The position numbers and the translations under genes were made by a program. DNA of 64,000 nt. Source: Candidatus Doudnabacteria bacterium. Its GTDB lineage: Bacteria > Patescibacteriota > Doudnabacteria > UBA920 > 2-01-FULL-46-14. Position 1 is the stretch's first letter; each line of letters opens with the position of its first letter. The DNA lies in assembly GCA_041497195.1 (NCBI GenBank), contig JBGQGB010000003.1, positions 20,260-84,259 of the forward strand, given 5' to 3'. Below are positions 29,057-38,962 of the stretch, piece after piece. The notes below the pieces were generated by a model. That model was given only the letters and a program-made list of their open reading frames with translations. It was not told the DNA's origin and made no database searches.

Positions 29057-30055
29057 ATGGCGGAACAAACTCTCGTCGACTACATCAAAGCCAATCATCA
29101 CACCGGTTTTTCGGAGCACGAAATCCGTGACCAACTGCGCCAGGCTGGCTGGGACGAATGGGCGATTGAGGAAGCCTTTGCGGAAGCCCGTGGCAATGCT
29201 ACGGCTCCTCACAATATTGATTCGGGTCAAAGCTCAAAAAACTTTTTTGGCCGCCACGGCAAGACTATCATAATAATTCTGATTATCCTGGTACTTTTAC
29301 CGTTGCTCGGCTATAGCGGCTATCTTTTGCTGAACAAATCCAATCAACCGCCAACAAACCAATCAGCATCGCAAACCCAGTCCAAAGCCGCGACTTCCAC
29401 ACAATCGGCTATGGGGCAAGTACAAAAAACAGCCGCTGATGCCGCTAGCTCGCGCGATCTTGCGCGATTGTCAGACGTCCAGAAACTGCAAACCGCGCTC
29501 GCCATCTATTATCAAAAAAATAAACAGTATCCAAAAAACCTCGGCGACTTGGTGAATGCTGGCACTTTGACCGCAACCCCGACTGATCCCAAAACCAATG
29601 AATCTTATGTTTACGCCCCGCTCGGCAATCCGCCCTCGTTCTACTCTATTTCCTTTCTCCTGGAAACAGACGTCGGCACCCTGAAATCAGGGTTACAAGT
29701 CGTCTCCTCAGAGGCTCCCTTACAAAGCGATGCGATTCGCAGACAACAAGAACTGGTGAAAGGAGCTATCACTACAGCCAGAACCGATGTTTTGAAAATT
29801 ACTGATTTGAGCAAACTCCCATTCTATCCCAAAGAAGAAGTGACGGTAGATATTTCTTCTTCTGCCGGGATAGGACTGACGAGCGCACGTCTCTTGGTGA
29901 ACAATTTGGACCTGCTGGATAAAACCCAACCATACGAATTTCGGTTTACCGCTCCTATTCAGCCCGGACAGTACGAGGTCAAAATTTTTGGTTTTGACAT
30001 CAACGGGGGTGGCTACGCTGCCAGTACCACGCTCACTGTGATAGCCCCGCGTTAG
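29057..30055 (+). CDS. membrane protein with GspG/pseudopilin-like domain and C-terminal Ig-like domain (atypical, no prepilin leader)
   Basis: 332 aa. Cytoplasmic N-terminus, one TM helix, S/T/Q-rich linker, then SRDLARLSDVQKLQTALAIYYQKNKQYPKNLGDLV...PTDPKTNESYVY, which resembles the pseudopilin core. Confidence 0.5.
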   Translation: MAEQTLVDYIKANHHTGFSEHEIRDQLRQAGWDEWAIEEAFAEARGNATAPHNIDSGQSSKNFFGRHGKTIIIILIILVLLPLLGYSGYLLLNKSNQPPTNQSASQTQSKAATSTQSAMGQVQKTAADAASSRDLARLSDVQKLQTALAIYYQKNKQYPKNLGDLVNAGTLTATPTDPKTNESYVYAPLGNPPSFYSISFLLETDVGTLKSGLQVVSSEAPLQSDAIRRQQELVKGAITTARTDVLKITDLSKLPFYPKEEVTVDISSSAGIGLTSARLLVNNLDLLDKTQPYEFRFTAPIQPGQYEVKIFGFDINGGGYAASTTLTVIAPR

Positions 30056-30090
30056 CATACTTTCTTCAGTCAAATAAATACCAGGGAACT

Positions 30091-30807
30091 ATGTCGGGAC
30101 ACAGCAAGTGGGCGCAAATCAAAAGGCAAAAAGGGGTTGCGGATAAAAAGAAAGCTCAAATTTTTTCCAAACTGGCTCGCGAGATCACTATCGCCGCAAA
30201 AAACGGCGGCGACCCGACCAGCAATTTTAAACTCCGGCTGGTCCTGGATCGCGCCAAAGACGCCGGCGTCCCCAAAGACGTCATCGAGCGGGCGGTGAAA
30301 CGAGGGACTGGCGAAGGACAAGAAGGACAGCTCGAGGAAGTCATTTATGAAGGTTACGGCCCGTTTGGGACGGCTTTTTTGGTGGAAGCCGCCACAGACA
30401 ATAAAAACCGGACTGCCAGTAATATCAAACATCTCTTTGTGGCACATAATGGAAATATGGGCGCGCAAGGATCTGTGGCTTGGCAATTTCGAACCCGCGG
30501 CCAAATCCTAGTGGAGCGAGGGCAAGATGATCTCTCGGATCTTGAGTTGGCAGCCATCGACGCTGGCGCGGAAGATGTCCGGGAATCACCGGAGGGGCTC
30601 GAAGTTTATACCCTGCCTCTGGACTTGGAAAAAACGAAACAAGCCCTCCTGCGGGCAGGGGCAAAAATTGCCCAGGCCGAAGTCATTCAGGAAAGCAGCC
30701 AAGGCGTGGATCTCACTGAGGAGCAAAAAACTAAAGTTGATGAACTATTTGCCGCCCTCGAAAACGACGAGGATGTCATTGCTGTTCACACCAGCGCAAA
30801 CTTATGA
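30091..30807 (+). CDS. yebC: YebC/PmpR family DNA-binding regulator
   Basis: 238 aa. MSGHSKWAQIKRQKG N-terminus. Classic adjacency to ruvC. Confidence 0.9.
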   Translation: MSGHSKWAQIKRQKGVADKKKAQIFSKLAREITIAAKNGGDPTSNFKLRLVLDRAKDAGVPKDVIERAVKRGTGEGQEGQLEEVIYEGYGPFGTAFLVEAATDNKNRTASNIKHLFVAHNGNMGAQGSVAWQFRTRGQILVERGQDDLSDLELAAIDAGAEDVRESPEGLEVYTLPLDLEKTKQALLRAGAKIAQAEVIQESSQGVDLTEEQKTKVDELFAALENDEDVIAVHTSANL

Positions 30808-31280
30808 AAATCCTTGGGGTTGATCCGGGTACCGCCACGACCGGATATGGCATCATCGAAACCAAGGGAAGCCGCCTGAAAGCTTTGGAATACGGCTGCA
30901 TTCTCACTGCCAAAACCTCTCCTCTAGAGGAGCGCCTGGCGGAAATCTACCGGGATCTGCAAAAGCTCATAAAAAAACATCGCCCTGAAATTTTGGCCGT
31001 AGAGTCGGTGTTTTTTTACAATAATGTCAAAACCGCCATTTCCGTGGCCCAAGCCCGCGGCGTCGTCCTGCTCTGCGCTACGCAGCACAAACTCAAACTT
31101 TTGGAGTTTACGCCACTGCAAATCAAAAACTCCCTGACTAATTACGGCAAAGCCGAAAAAAAACAAGTTCAGTACATGGTCAAAAACTTACTGAACCTGA
31201 AAGATATTCCTAAACCAGATGACGCCGCCGATGCGCTCGCGGTCGCGATTTGCGGCGCAAACAAAAATCTGAACCAATAA
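30804..31280 (+). CDS. ruvC: Holliday junction resolvase RuvC
   Basis: 158 aa. MKILGVDPGTATTGYGIIE N-terminus. 4-bp overlap with yebC. Confidence 0.9.
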   Translation: MKILGVDPGTATTGYGIIETKGSRLKALEYGCILTAKTSPLEERLAEIYRDLQKLIKKHRPEILAVESVFFYNNVKTAISVAQARGVVLLCATQHKLKLLEFTPLQIKNSLTNYGKAEKKQVQYMVKNLLNLKDIPKPDDAADALAVAICGANKNLNQ

Positions 31281-31301
31281 AAGTGGCTTCAAAAAAATAT
31301 A

Positions 31302-31586
31302 TTATAAATAGCGCGCAACTGGGAAGACGACGATAATTAAGAGGCTCAATACAATAGATAACCTATAATTTTTTCGCATTGATGAGATCACCGAAATAAT
31401 TAATAATATTCCGCCAATTAACGGTACCCAGCTTGGCATTATATAGGCGGCTTGGGCCGATGTCGTGCAAGCCTCTCCTACAAAACAACCTAAACCCGGG
31501 AAATAAGCAAAAGCTTCATAGATTTCCAAAAATATCATTCCCCCACTAATTATTAATAATAAAGTGGCGAGTTCTGACTTTTTCAT
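31302..31586 (-). CDS. small predicted membrane protein, hypothetical
   Basis: 94 aa with three hydrophobic segments. Lies downstream of tyrS on the same strand. Confidence 0.35.
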   Translation of the reverse strand: MKKSELATLLLIISGGMIFLEIYEAFAYFPGLGCFVGEACTTSAQAAYIMPSWVPLIGGILLIISVISSMRKNYRLSIVLSLLIIVVFPVARYL

Positions 31587-31595
31587 ACTTAGAAT

Positions 31596-32774
31596 CTAAA
31601 TAATCTCTAAAAACCGCTTCCCCAGTCTGACCAAACTCCCCTTGGTAACTTTTACCAAGGCTTTTTCATCTCTAACTGCCTGATTGTCAACCGAAACAGC
31701 GCCTTCGTTGATCTTGCGCCTGGCTTCGGATTTTGAGGCAGCCAGTCTTCCTTCAACTAAAATATTTACTATCAAATACTCACCTGGGGCTTTACCCAAG
31801 GTGAAATCCGCTTTTATTGGGCCTTTCTGCTTACCGAATTTTGCTTCAAAAACCGCAGATGCTCGTACTGCTGCTTTCTCCCCATGATAAAGTTTCACGA
31901 TTTGAGAAGCTAGTTTCGATTTCAAGCTTCTGGGATTGGTTGTCTTATTCTGCAATTCGGCCTGGATTGCTGCCAAATCCTTTTCGGAAATTTCAGTGCA
32001 AAGCTCAAAATAATGCGCTATCAACCCGTCCGGAATGGACATCACCTTGCCAAAGGTTTCCTCTGGCGAATCAGTCAAGGCAATAAAATTCTCCAGGGAT
32101 TTGCTCATCTTCTCTTTGCCATCCAAACCGATCAAATACTGCAGCATCATCACGTCCTGCGGCTGTTGCCCATAAGCGCGCTGGATCGTCCGGCCCATCA
32201 AGAGATTAAATTTCTGTTCCAGGGCTCCCAATTCCACATTTGCTTTGACCGCAACAGAATCATACCCTTGCAACAACGGATAAAGCGTTTCGTGATGATA
32301 AAACGGCAGATCCTTTTCTATGCGCTGGCGGAAAGTTTCGTGTGCCAGGATCTGTTTTTCGGTAACCAGGGAGGAGAGTTTGATGACTTCTTTGAGGCCA
32401 AATTTTTTAAACCACTCACTCTGAAAATGCACTTCGGTTTTGGCTTTGTCCAAAATGAGATAGGCCTGCGCCAAAAAATGCTTGGCATTGGCTTTGACTG
32501 CGATTTCGGAAAGGCTCGGCCGGGTCCGGTCCCGGCCGGAAGGATCACCGATCTGTGCGGTCCAATCACCGATAATAAAAACTGCCTGGTGCCCCTGTTC
32601 TTGGAACTCGCGCAATTTCCACAAAGTGACCGCATGCCCCAAATGTAAATCCTGGCGATTCGGATCAATCCCCAGTTTGATCCGGAGTTTTTTGCCACCG
32701 AGTAATGCAGCTTCTAAATGTTTTTTTTCAACGATCTCGGTCACGCGCCGAGTCAACAGCTCTGCGAATCTCAT
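31596..32774 (-). CDS. tyrS: tyrosyl-tRNA synthetase
   Basis: 392 aa. HLGH (HIGH) motif, GDWTAQIGDPSG, KMSKS and a C-terminal S4 domain. Confidence 0.88.
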   Translation of the reverse strand: MRFAELLTRRVTEIVEKKHLEAALLGGKKLRIKLGIDPNRQDLHLGHAVTLWKLREFQEQGHQAVFIIGDWTAQIGDPSGRDRTRPSLSEIAVKANAKHFLAQAYLILDKAKTEVHFQSEWFKKFGLKEVIKLSSLVTEKQILAHETFRQRIEKDLPFYHHETLYPLLQGYDSVAVKANVELGALEQKFNLLMGRTIQRAYGQQPQDVMMLQYLIGLDGKEKMSKSLENFIALTDSPEETFGKVMSIPDGLIAHYFELCTEISEKDLAAIQAELQNKTTNPRSLKSKLASQIVKLYHGEKAAVRASAVFEAKFGKQKGPIKADFTLGKAPGEYLIVNILVEGRLAASKSEARRKINEGAVSVDNQAVRDEKALVKVTKGSLVRLGKRFLEII

Positions 32775-32813
32775 GCCTTAAATTATATCATTTTTTGTTA
32801 TATAATTACATAC

Positions 32814-35645
32814 ATGACTGATTATGCACGTGGTTGGAAAAGTACCCATTCTTCTTCTCCTTTTTTCCGCAGAATTGAGAAGCGCACCGGCTCTTCCGGG
32901 GCAAACAATAGGCCTGGCCGCTCCCCCGGCCGCTTTTTAACCATTCTCAAGGGTATTTTTCGATGGTTGTTTCAGGGCCGTCGCAGCCTCTGGAAAAAAG
33001 TCGCCGCAGTGGTAGTGTTTCTGGGACTACTGGGATTTATCCTGTTGGGCTCGCTATTTGTCTATTATTCATTTACTTTGCCAGACCCGAACAAACTGGT
33101 GGACCGGGTTGTCCCGGAATCAACTAAAATTTTCGACCGTAATGGAAAACTTCTATACGAAATCCACGGAGAAGCCAAGCGGACTCTGGTCACTCTCGAT
33201 CAAATTCCCCCCTATGTCAGGGAGGCGAGCATCGCGGTAGAAGATAAAAATTTTTACAAGCATGGCGGCATCAGTTTCGTCGGCATCGCGCGCTCGATCC
33301 TGGTGGACATATTTACCGGCTCGCTCAGCCAGGGGGGCAGCACGATCACTCAGCAATTCGTCAGAAACGCTGTCCTCACCCGGGAAAAAGCTTTTGCCCG
33401 CAAAATCAAAGAAATTATCCTGTCTTTGGAAATTGAACGCAAATTCAACAAAGACCAAATTCTCCAACTGTACTTAAATGAAATTCCTTATGGTTCGAAT
33501 GCTTACGGCGTCGAGGCCGCCAGCCAAACTTTCTTCGGCAAAGACGTCAAGGATCTCACTCTCACAGAGGCAGCTTATCTAGCAGCGATTCCCAAAGGGC
33601 CGACTTTTTACTCACCATACGGGCCGCACAAAGACGAGCTCGACGCTCGGGCCAAAACCGTTTTACAACTGATGTATGAACAAAGCTACATCACCAAGCA
33701 ACAGCGGGATACCGCCCAAAACCAAAAAGTCTCGTTTCGCAACATCGGGATCGGCATCCTGGCTCCGCATTTTGTCCTGTATGTCCAGGATTTACTAGCA
33801 CAAAAATATGGGGACATCAGCCTGCAAGAAGGCGGCCTGAAAGTCACAACGACCTTGGATTATGACATTCAAAAAATGGCAGAGGATGCCGTCGCCAAGC
33901 AAGTTCCTCTAAATGAAAAAAATTACAATGGCGGGAACGCGGCGCTCGTAGCAATCGATCCGAAGACCGGCGAAATCCTGGCCATGGTCGGTAGCCGGGA
34001 TTACTTTGATACGGCCCATGACGGAGCCGTGAATGTAACTTTGCGGCCGCGGCAGCCCGGGTCCTCATTCAAGCCATATGTATATGCCACAGCCTTCAAA
34101 CAAGGCATGAATCCGGCCACTATGCTCATGGATGTCAATACCGATTTCGGCCGGTACGGCGGCCAGGACTATACCCCGACTGATTACGACGGCAAAGAAC
34201 GCGGCCCGGTTTCAATACGCCAGGCCCTGCAAAACTCCCTGAATGTGCCAGCGGTCAAAACTATGATTCTCAACGGAGTGGACAACGCAATCGATACTGC
34301 GGAAGCCATGGGCATCACCACTCTCACTGACCGCTCTCGCTACGGCCCCTCTCTAGTTTTAGGCGGCGGGGAAGTAAAGCTCCTCGACCACGTTTCTGCT
34401 TACGGCGTTTTTGCCGCCAATGGGATCAAGCATGATCCAGTCACGATTCTCAAAGTCGAAGACAAAAACGGCAATATTCTCGAACAATATCAGCCATCGG
34501 AAGGACGCGAAGCGCTCAACCCGCTGGTCGCCTATCAGGTCGCCAATGTTCTCTCCGATAAACAAGCTCGTAGCCTTCTGTTTACCAACATTAATAACAA
34601 ACTCACGCTCCCCGACCGGCCCGTGGCCGCCAAAACCGGCACCACGCAAGAATTCCGAGATGCCTGGACCGTGGGGTTTACGCCCAGTCTGGTCGCCGGG
34701 GTGTGGGTGGGCAACAATGACAACGCGCCCATGAAAAAGGGGGCCGATGGTTTGGTTGTAGCTGCCCCCATCTGGAATGATTTCATGCACGCCGCCACCC
34801 AAGGCAAGCCAGTCGAAAACTTTATCCAACCGGACGGTATGATCCAAATCTCGGTCGATGCTCTTTCCGGCAAACTCCCGACTGCCTACACGCCATCCAC
34901 CAAAACCGAGGTTTTTACCAGTTTCAACGTCCCCACCCAGCCTGATGACGTCCACTTGGCCGGAGGGCTGACTGTGCTGCACTCGGAAAAACCAGACGAT
35001 CCGGCCTGGGAAAATCCCGTTCGCGATTGGCTTCTAGCCCATGGCTATTCCTACCAGCCGCCCACGGGGACAAGCGGGGGGGCCATCGATAACAGCATTG
35101 CTTTACAAATTGTCGCACCCAGCGAAATCAACTCTACCCCTTGGAGCATCCAAATCACGGCACAACCGGTTGGAAAAATTGCCCAAATTCAGGTTTTTCT
35201 AGATAATAATTTTCTGGGCAGTGCTGCAGGAAGCAGCCTGGACTTCAACAGCAGCGCCCTGCATGTCGATGGCACTCACCAACTCTTAGCAGTCGCTCAG
35301 ACTACTGACGGTAAAACCAACCAAAAAAGCGCCTCGCTCCAATTTGCTTTTGGCAAAAATTTGGTGGTAATTCAACCACGAGACGATCAAGCATTACAAT
35401 TTCCAACCAATATGATTCTGGAATCTACTACCAACATCGCGGCGGAAAACGTAAAATTTTGGGCGCGCTCCGCAGCGGGCAAGCTTATCCCATTGCCAGG
35501 AAACATTACTAAACAGGAATTGGGACAAATTTTCGAGTACACCTTAAACGTAGCGAGCACGAGCAAACCCGCGCGAGGGAGTTACGCTTTGTATGCACAA
35601 ATTGGATCGGGAACCAGCAACGAGGTAACGGTGAAAATTCCATGA
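32814..35645 (+). CDS. penicillin-binding protein 1A-like bifunctional transglycosylase/transpeptidase
   Basis: Glycosyltransferase-51 motifs (EDKNFYKHGG, GGSTITQQ) and a transpeptidase domain. The start was moved to ATG 32814 because the longer ORF overlaps tyrS. Confidence 0.85.
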   Translation: MTDYARGWKSTHSSSPFFRRIEKRTGSSGANNRPGRSPGRFLTILKGIFRWLFQGRRSLWKKVAAVVVFLGLLGFILLGSLFVYYSFTLPDPNKLVDRVVPESTKIFDRNGKLLYEIHGEAKRTLVTLDQIPPYVREASIAVEDKNFYKHGGISFVGIARSILVDIFTGSLSQGGSTITQQFVRNAVLTREKAFARKIKEIILSLEIERKFNKDQILQLYLNEIPYGSNAYGVEAASQTFFGKDVKDLTLTEAAYLAAIPKGPTFYSPYGPHKDELDARAKTVLQLMYEQSYITKQQRDTAQNQKVSFRNIGIGILAPHFVLYVQDLLAQKYGDISLQEGGLKVTTTLDYDIQKMAEDAVAKQVPLNEKNYNGGNAALVAIDPKTGEILAMVGSRDYFDTAHDGAVNVTLRPRQPGSSFKPYVYATAFKQGMNPATMLMDVNTDFGRYGGQDYTPTDYDGKERGPVSIRQALQNSLNVPAVKTMILNGVDNAIDTAEAMGITTLTDRSRYGPSLVLGGGEVKLLDHVSAYGVFAANGIKHDPVTILKVEDKNGNILEQYQPSEGREALNPLVAYQVANVLSDKQARSLLFTNINNKLTLPDRPVAAKTGTTQEFRDAWTVGFTPSLVAGVWVGNNDNAPMKKGADGLVVAAPIWNDFMHAATQGKPVENFIQPDGMIQISVDALSGKLPTAYTPSTKTEVFTSFNVPTQPDDVHLAGGLTVLHSEKPDDPAWENPVRDWLLAHGYSYQPPTGTSGGAIDNSIALQIVAPSEINSTPWSIQITAQPVGKIAQIQVFLDNNFLGSAAGSSLDFNSSALHVDGTHQLLAVAQTTDGKTNQKSASLQFAFGKNLVVIQPRDDQALQFPTNMILESTTNIAAENVKFWARSAAGKLIPLPGNITKQELGQIFEYTLNVASTSKPARGSYALYAQIGSGTSNEVTVKIP

Positions 35646-36880
35646 TCACAGGGCTAATTATCTTCGGCCTCGCACTGTTCTCCATCCTGGCCGTGTTGCG
35701 GCGGGACTGGGGAATTTACTTGATTATTTTTCTTTTGCCGACTTATCAAATCCGATTTGACCTGGGGCCGATCCCCCTGACTTTTCTGGAAGGAATGGTG
35801 CTGATTTTGGGAGGGGTGGAAATTTTGGACTTGATTCGCCAAAAACGCCTTTTATCGGCTACACGCCAGCTCCTGGATCAATCAAGATTGCAAACTGGAT
35901 TAATCCTGCTGTTTCTGGCTGCTGCCCTAATCTCAGTGTTCGTCTCGCCGGTACCGGTCAAGGCCGCCGGAATTTTTAAAGCTTATTTTTTTGAGCCGGT
36001 GCTGTTTTATTTCTTGATTCTCTTGATAATCAACACCCAGCAAAAACTCCACAAAATTTGGCAAAGTATCGGCTTATTAATCTCCTATCTGTCAGTATTT
36101 GGAATTTACCAATTTTTCACGCTTGCCAACCTTCCTTTTACATGGTGGGCGGTAGGAATCGCTTCCCGACGAATCACTTCTTTAGTCAATCACCCCAATG
36201 CATTGGCTCTGCTGATGGGACCATTCTTGGCGCTGCTGATTTTGCTCCCTAAATCAAAGCTGGCTTGGTTCGCTTTGGGGACCGGGGCTATCGCTTTCTA
36301 TCTATCTTTCTCTCGCGCGGGCTGGTTAGCGCTCTTAGCCAGCGTCATTGCCATCGGTTTTTTCACACAATACCGCAAACAAACCATGCTGGGAGCTGCC
36401 GCCGTCATTATCCTGGTTCTCTTGGTCCCTTTCTCGCGAGTAAAACTCCTGGAACTGGCGCATGGCAACGCCCCCACTCAGGAAAACCGCTATGTCCTGT
36501 GGTCATCGGCCTTTGATATTTTAAGGAAATCTCCGGTTTTCGGGGCAGGGATCTTGGGTTTCCACGAGTTATACAAAAATTATCCTTTGGGACCCGATCA
36601 GGTAATCCAAAACTACCCGCATGATTTTTTTCTGAACTTCTGGCTGGAAACCGGGTTGCTTGGGTTGGCCGCAATGCTTGCCCTGCTGTGGCTGTATTAC
36701 AAAAAGATCCGCAAATTAATGCAGACTGAAAAGTTTCGCTGGGCGGCCTTGGCCATGGCCGCTGCCATGGGCGTCATCCTACTGCACGGCCTTGTAGACG
36801 TTCCTTATTTTAAAAATGATTTGTCTATTCAATTTTGGCTCATTTACGCACTGCCAAATCTAGTATTTCTACGGACTTAG
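35642..36880 (+). CDS. O-antigen ligase/polymerase-like polytopic membrane protein (Wzy/WaaL family)
   Basis: 412 aa with about 10 TM segments. 4-bp overlap with the PBP1A-like gene. Confidence 0.6.
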   Translation: MITGLIIFGLALFSILAVLRRDWGIYLIIFLLPTYQIRFDLGPIPLTFLEGMVLILGGVEILDLIRQKRLLSATRQLLDQSRLQTGLILLFLAAALISVFVSPVPVKAAGIFKAYFFEPVLFYFLILLIINTQQKLHKIWQSIGLLISYLSVFGIYQFFTLANLPFTWWAVGIASRRITSLVNHPNALALLMGPFLALLILLPKSKLAWFALGTGAIAFYLSFSRAGWLALLASVIAIGFFTQYRKQTMLGAAAVIILVLLVPFSRVKLLELAHGNAPTQENRYVLWSSAFDILRKSPVFGAGILGFHELYKNYPLGPDQVIQNYPHDFFLNFWLETGLLGLAAMLALLWLYYKKIRKLMQTEKFRWAALAMAAAMGVILLHGLVDVPYFKNDLSIQFWLIYALPNLVFLRT

Positions 36881-37341
36881 ACTTGGGGCTTGGGCTTGAT
36901 GAGGATGCGTCGCTCAGGTTCTTCCCCCACGCTTTCCGTAACAATATCAGGAAGCTTGGAAATCTCTGCGTGGACGACGCGCCGCTCATATGAAGCCATA
37001 GGTTTTAGCAAAAGGCTCTCCTTGGTGTCACGGACTCGCGCCGCCGCTTGCCTGGCCAGCTCGCGAAGAAACGCTTCGCGGCTTTTTTTGTATCCTTCTA
37101 CATCCACGACAAAATGAATCTGCTCAGACAATTGCTTGTGCACTAAGAGGCGGGTCAAGTACTGCAACGCCCCCAGATTGACTCCATGTTGTCCAATCAG
37201 CATCGCAGAATCTACAGTCTTCAAATTGAAAACAAGGGTGTCTTCCGCGGTTTCTGTTTCTATGTCAGCACTCATCCCCATCTGATTTAGAATATTTTTC
37301 AAAATATTTTTGACAATGTCTTGCTGTTCCGCAGTGATCAT
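36877..37341 (-). CDS. jag: Jag/KhpB RNA-binding protein (KH + R3H domains)
   Basis: Motif QHGVNLGALQYL...ERRVVHAEI. Start set at M20 (ATGA overlap with the yidC stop). Canonical position next to yidC. Confidence 0.8.
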   Translation of the reverse strand: MITAEQQDIVKNILKNILNQMGMSADIETETAEDTLVFNLKTVDSAMLIGQHGVNLGALQYLTRLLVHKQLSEQIHFVVDVEGYKKSREAFLRELARQAAARVRDTKESLLLKPMASYERRVVHAEISKLPDIVTESVGEEPERRILIKPKPQV

Positions 37342-38036
37342 GTTTTTTTCATTATATAATACTGCTGGCCGATGGCAAAGAGTGTCGTCACGACCCAATA
37401 CAAAGACAGTGCCGCGGGCAAACGCAGAGCAATCAAAACCGTAACGACGGGCATAAAATAGGTTAGTTGCGCTGTCATCAAGGACGCGGTTTTGTCCTGC
37501 GTCACACCCGCAGCGGGTTTCGGGGTAATCATTTTCGACTGAATGAACTGAAAAATCCCCGCCAAAAAGGCAAAAACGTAATTCGATTTGGATAACTCTA
37601 CAAGGCCCAAAAAATTAGTGTGAATGGGACCGGGGTTAGCGACAAATTTATACAATTCACTCGCTACATCTCCTTTGAGACCTGACAGAAAAACTCGGTA
37701 AAGGGCTAATAAAATGGGAAGTTGAACTAGTAAAGGCAAGCAGGAAGAAAATGGATTGACCTTGTGCTCTTTGTAAAATTCCAGGATGGCCTTAGTCTGG
37801 GCTTCTTTGTCGTCCTTATATTTTTCCCGGAGTGCATCAAGTTTAGGTTGGATTTGTTGGAGTTCTTTCTGTGAACGAAGAGACTTTTGGAAGGAGGGAA
37901 AAAGCAGTAGTCGAATTAGAACGGTCAAAGCGATTATGGCCAACCCCAAATCGTGCCCGGGGATAATATTATAAAGCCAAATCAAAACATTCAGGAGCGG
38001 CTGGATCAAAATTAAATTAAAAAAATGGCCAATCAT
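37338..38036 (-). CDS. yidC: membrane protein insertase YidC (short form)
   Basis: 232 aa Oxa1/YidC core with five TM segments. Confidence 0.85.
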   Translation of the reverse strand: MIGHFFNLILIQPLLNVLIWLYNIIPGHDLGLAIIALTVLIRLLLFPSFQKSLRSQKELQQIQPKLDALREKYKDDKEAQTKAILEFYKEHKVNPFSSCLPLLVQLPILLALYRVFLSGLKGDVASELYKFVANPGPIHTNFLGLVELSKSNYVFAFLAGIFQFIQSKMITPKPAAGVTQDKTASLMTAQLTYFMPVVTVLIALRLPAALSLYWVVTTLFAIGQQYYIMKKT

Positions 38037-38042
38037 AAAAAA

Positions 38043-38285
38043 TTAGATTTGTTCGACCGGATCCGAACCCCCGGCAGAAAAAGGATTACATCTCAAAATT
38101 CTCCAGACTGCTTTTAACGACCCTTTCGCTGCCCCGTGCTTTAGAAGCGACAATCGAGCATACTCGGAACAAGACGGATAAAAACGGCAATATCCGTAAG
38201 GGTAGCGTTGTTTCCCCCGAGGGCTATGATCTGGGGAAAATAACTTTTGATAGAAATCGATGAGTCCGAGTAAAGTCCTAGTCAT
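38043..38285 (-). CDS. yidD: membrane protein insertion efficiency factor YidD
   Basis: 80 aa. Motif CRFYPSCSEYA. Confidence 0.85.
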   Translation of the reverse strand: MTRTLLGLIDFYQKLFSPDHSPRGKQRYPYGYCRFYPSCSEYARLSLLKHGAAKGSLKAVWRILRCNPFSAGGSDPVEQI

Positions 38286-38631
38286 TTTTTTTCATAAGTT
38301 TTGCCTGAGTTAGAAGCCAGGTCAATTCTTGGTGCACTTCCTGGGTTGTAAGGCTAGGTAATTGTGTTCTGGCTTGAACGATGACCTCAAACCCTGGAAA
38401 AAAAGCGGGAAACAGAGCAGCGACACGAGCACGCAAAATCCGTTTCAAACGGTTGCGAGCGACAATTTTTCCTACTTGCTTTTTGGAAATAACAAAACCA
38501 AAACGGGTTGGGTTTTGGTCTTGGGCTTTTTTATAGAAAAGCCGGAAGTGGGAAGAAAAGGCTTGTTTGCCAAATTTGTAAATCCGGGCGTATTCCCGGG
38601 CTTTGGTCACACGCAGGTTTCGCCGTAACAT
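38278..38631 (-). CDS. rnpA: ribonuclease P protein component
   Basis: 117 aa with basic RnpA motifs. Positioned between rpmH and yidD. Confidence 0.85.
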   Translation of the reverse strand: MLRRNLRVTKAREYARIYKFGKQAFSSHFRLFYKKAQDQNPTRFGFVISKKQVGKIVARNRLKRILRARVAALFPAFFPGFEVIVQARTQLPSLTTQEVHQELTWLLTQAKLMKKND

Positions 38632-38636
38632 GTTTT

Positions 38637-38771
38637 CTAGATGGTTAAACGCACCCGGCCCTTTTGCCGCCTCGCTTTTAATACACGTCTTCCGGTACGC
38701 GTTTTCATACGTTTCCTAAACCCATGCCTGCGTGCCCGGTGTTTTCTTTTAGGTTGGTAAGTCCTTTTCAT
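38637..38771 (-). CDS. rpmH: 50S ribosomal protein L34
   Basis: Not in the ORF track because it is under 60 aa. Minus-strand translation is [44 protein letters not shown] (44 aa), the classic L34 sequence. Confidence 0.85.
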   Translation of the reverse strand: MKRTYQPKRKHRARRHGFRKRMKTRTGRRVLKARRQKGRVRLTI

Positions 38772-38962
38772 CTGGTTTAGTATATCTTTTAAAGGTCCTT
38801 TGAGTCAATCATAAAATTCATTCACCGGTTTTGCACATTCTATCCACAGACAATATTGATTTTCGCTAAAACTTGGGCAAAATTTGTGATTTTACATGTT
38901 GATAACCTTTCTGTTAGAATAGCTTGCGGGTGTAATAAAACCTTTCGAAAAGGGGACTCAAA
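38772..38962. promoter_or_regulatory. candidate oriC segment / dnaA promoter region with DnaA-box-like 9-mers
   Basis: Lies between divergent rpmH and dnaA. CTATCCACA at 38839-38847 and TGTTGATAA at 38897-38905 each match the TTATCCACA consensus at 8 of 9 positions. AT-rich tracts. Confidence 0.45.

Noticed and set aside
32718-32813. Upstream extension of the PBP1A ORF overlapping tyrS
   Set aside because: The extension overlaps the divergent tyrS coding start and a very AT-rich promoter-like spacer. The first in-frame ATG at 32814 gives a plausible N-terminus (MTDYARG...) ahead of the TM anchor.
36877-37398. Long form of jag overlapping yidC by 61 bp
   Set aside because: The internal ATG at 37339-37341 gives a classic ATGA stop/start overlap with yidC and a typical Jag N-terminus. 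The longer N-terminal extension is an ORF-finder artefact.
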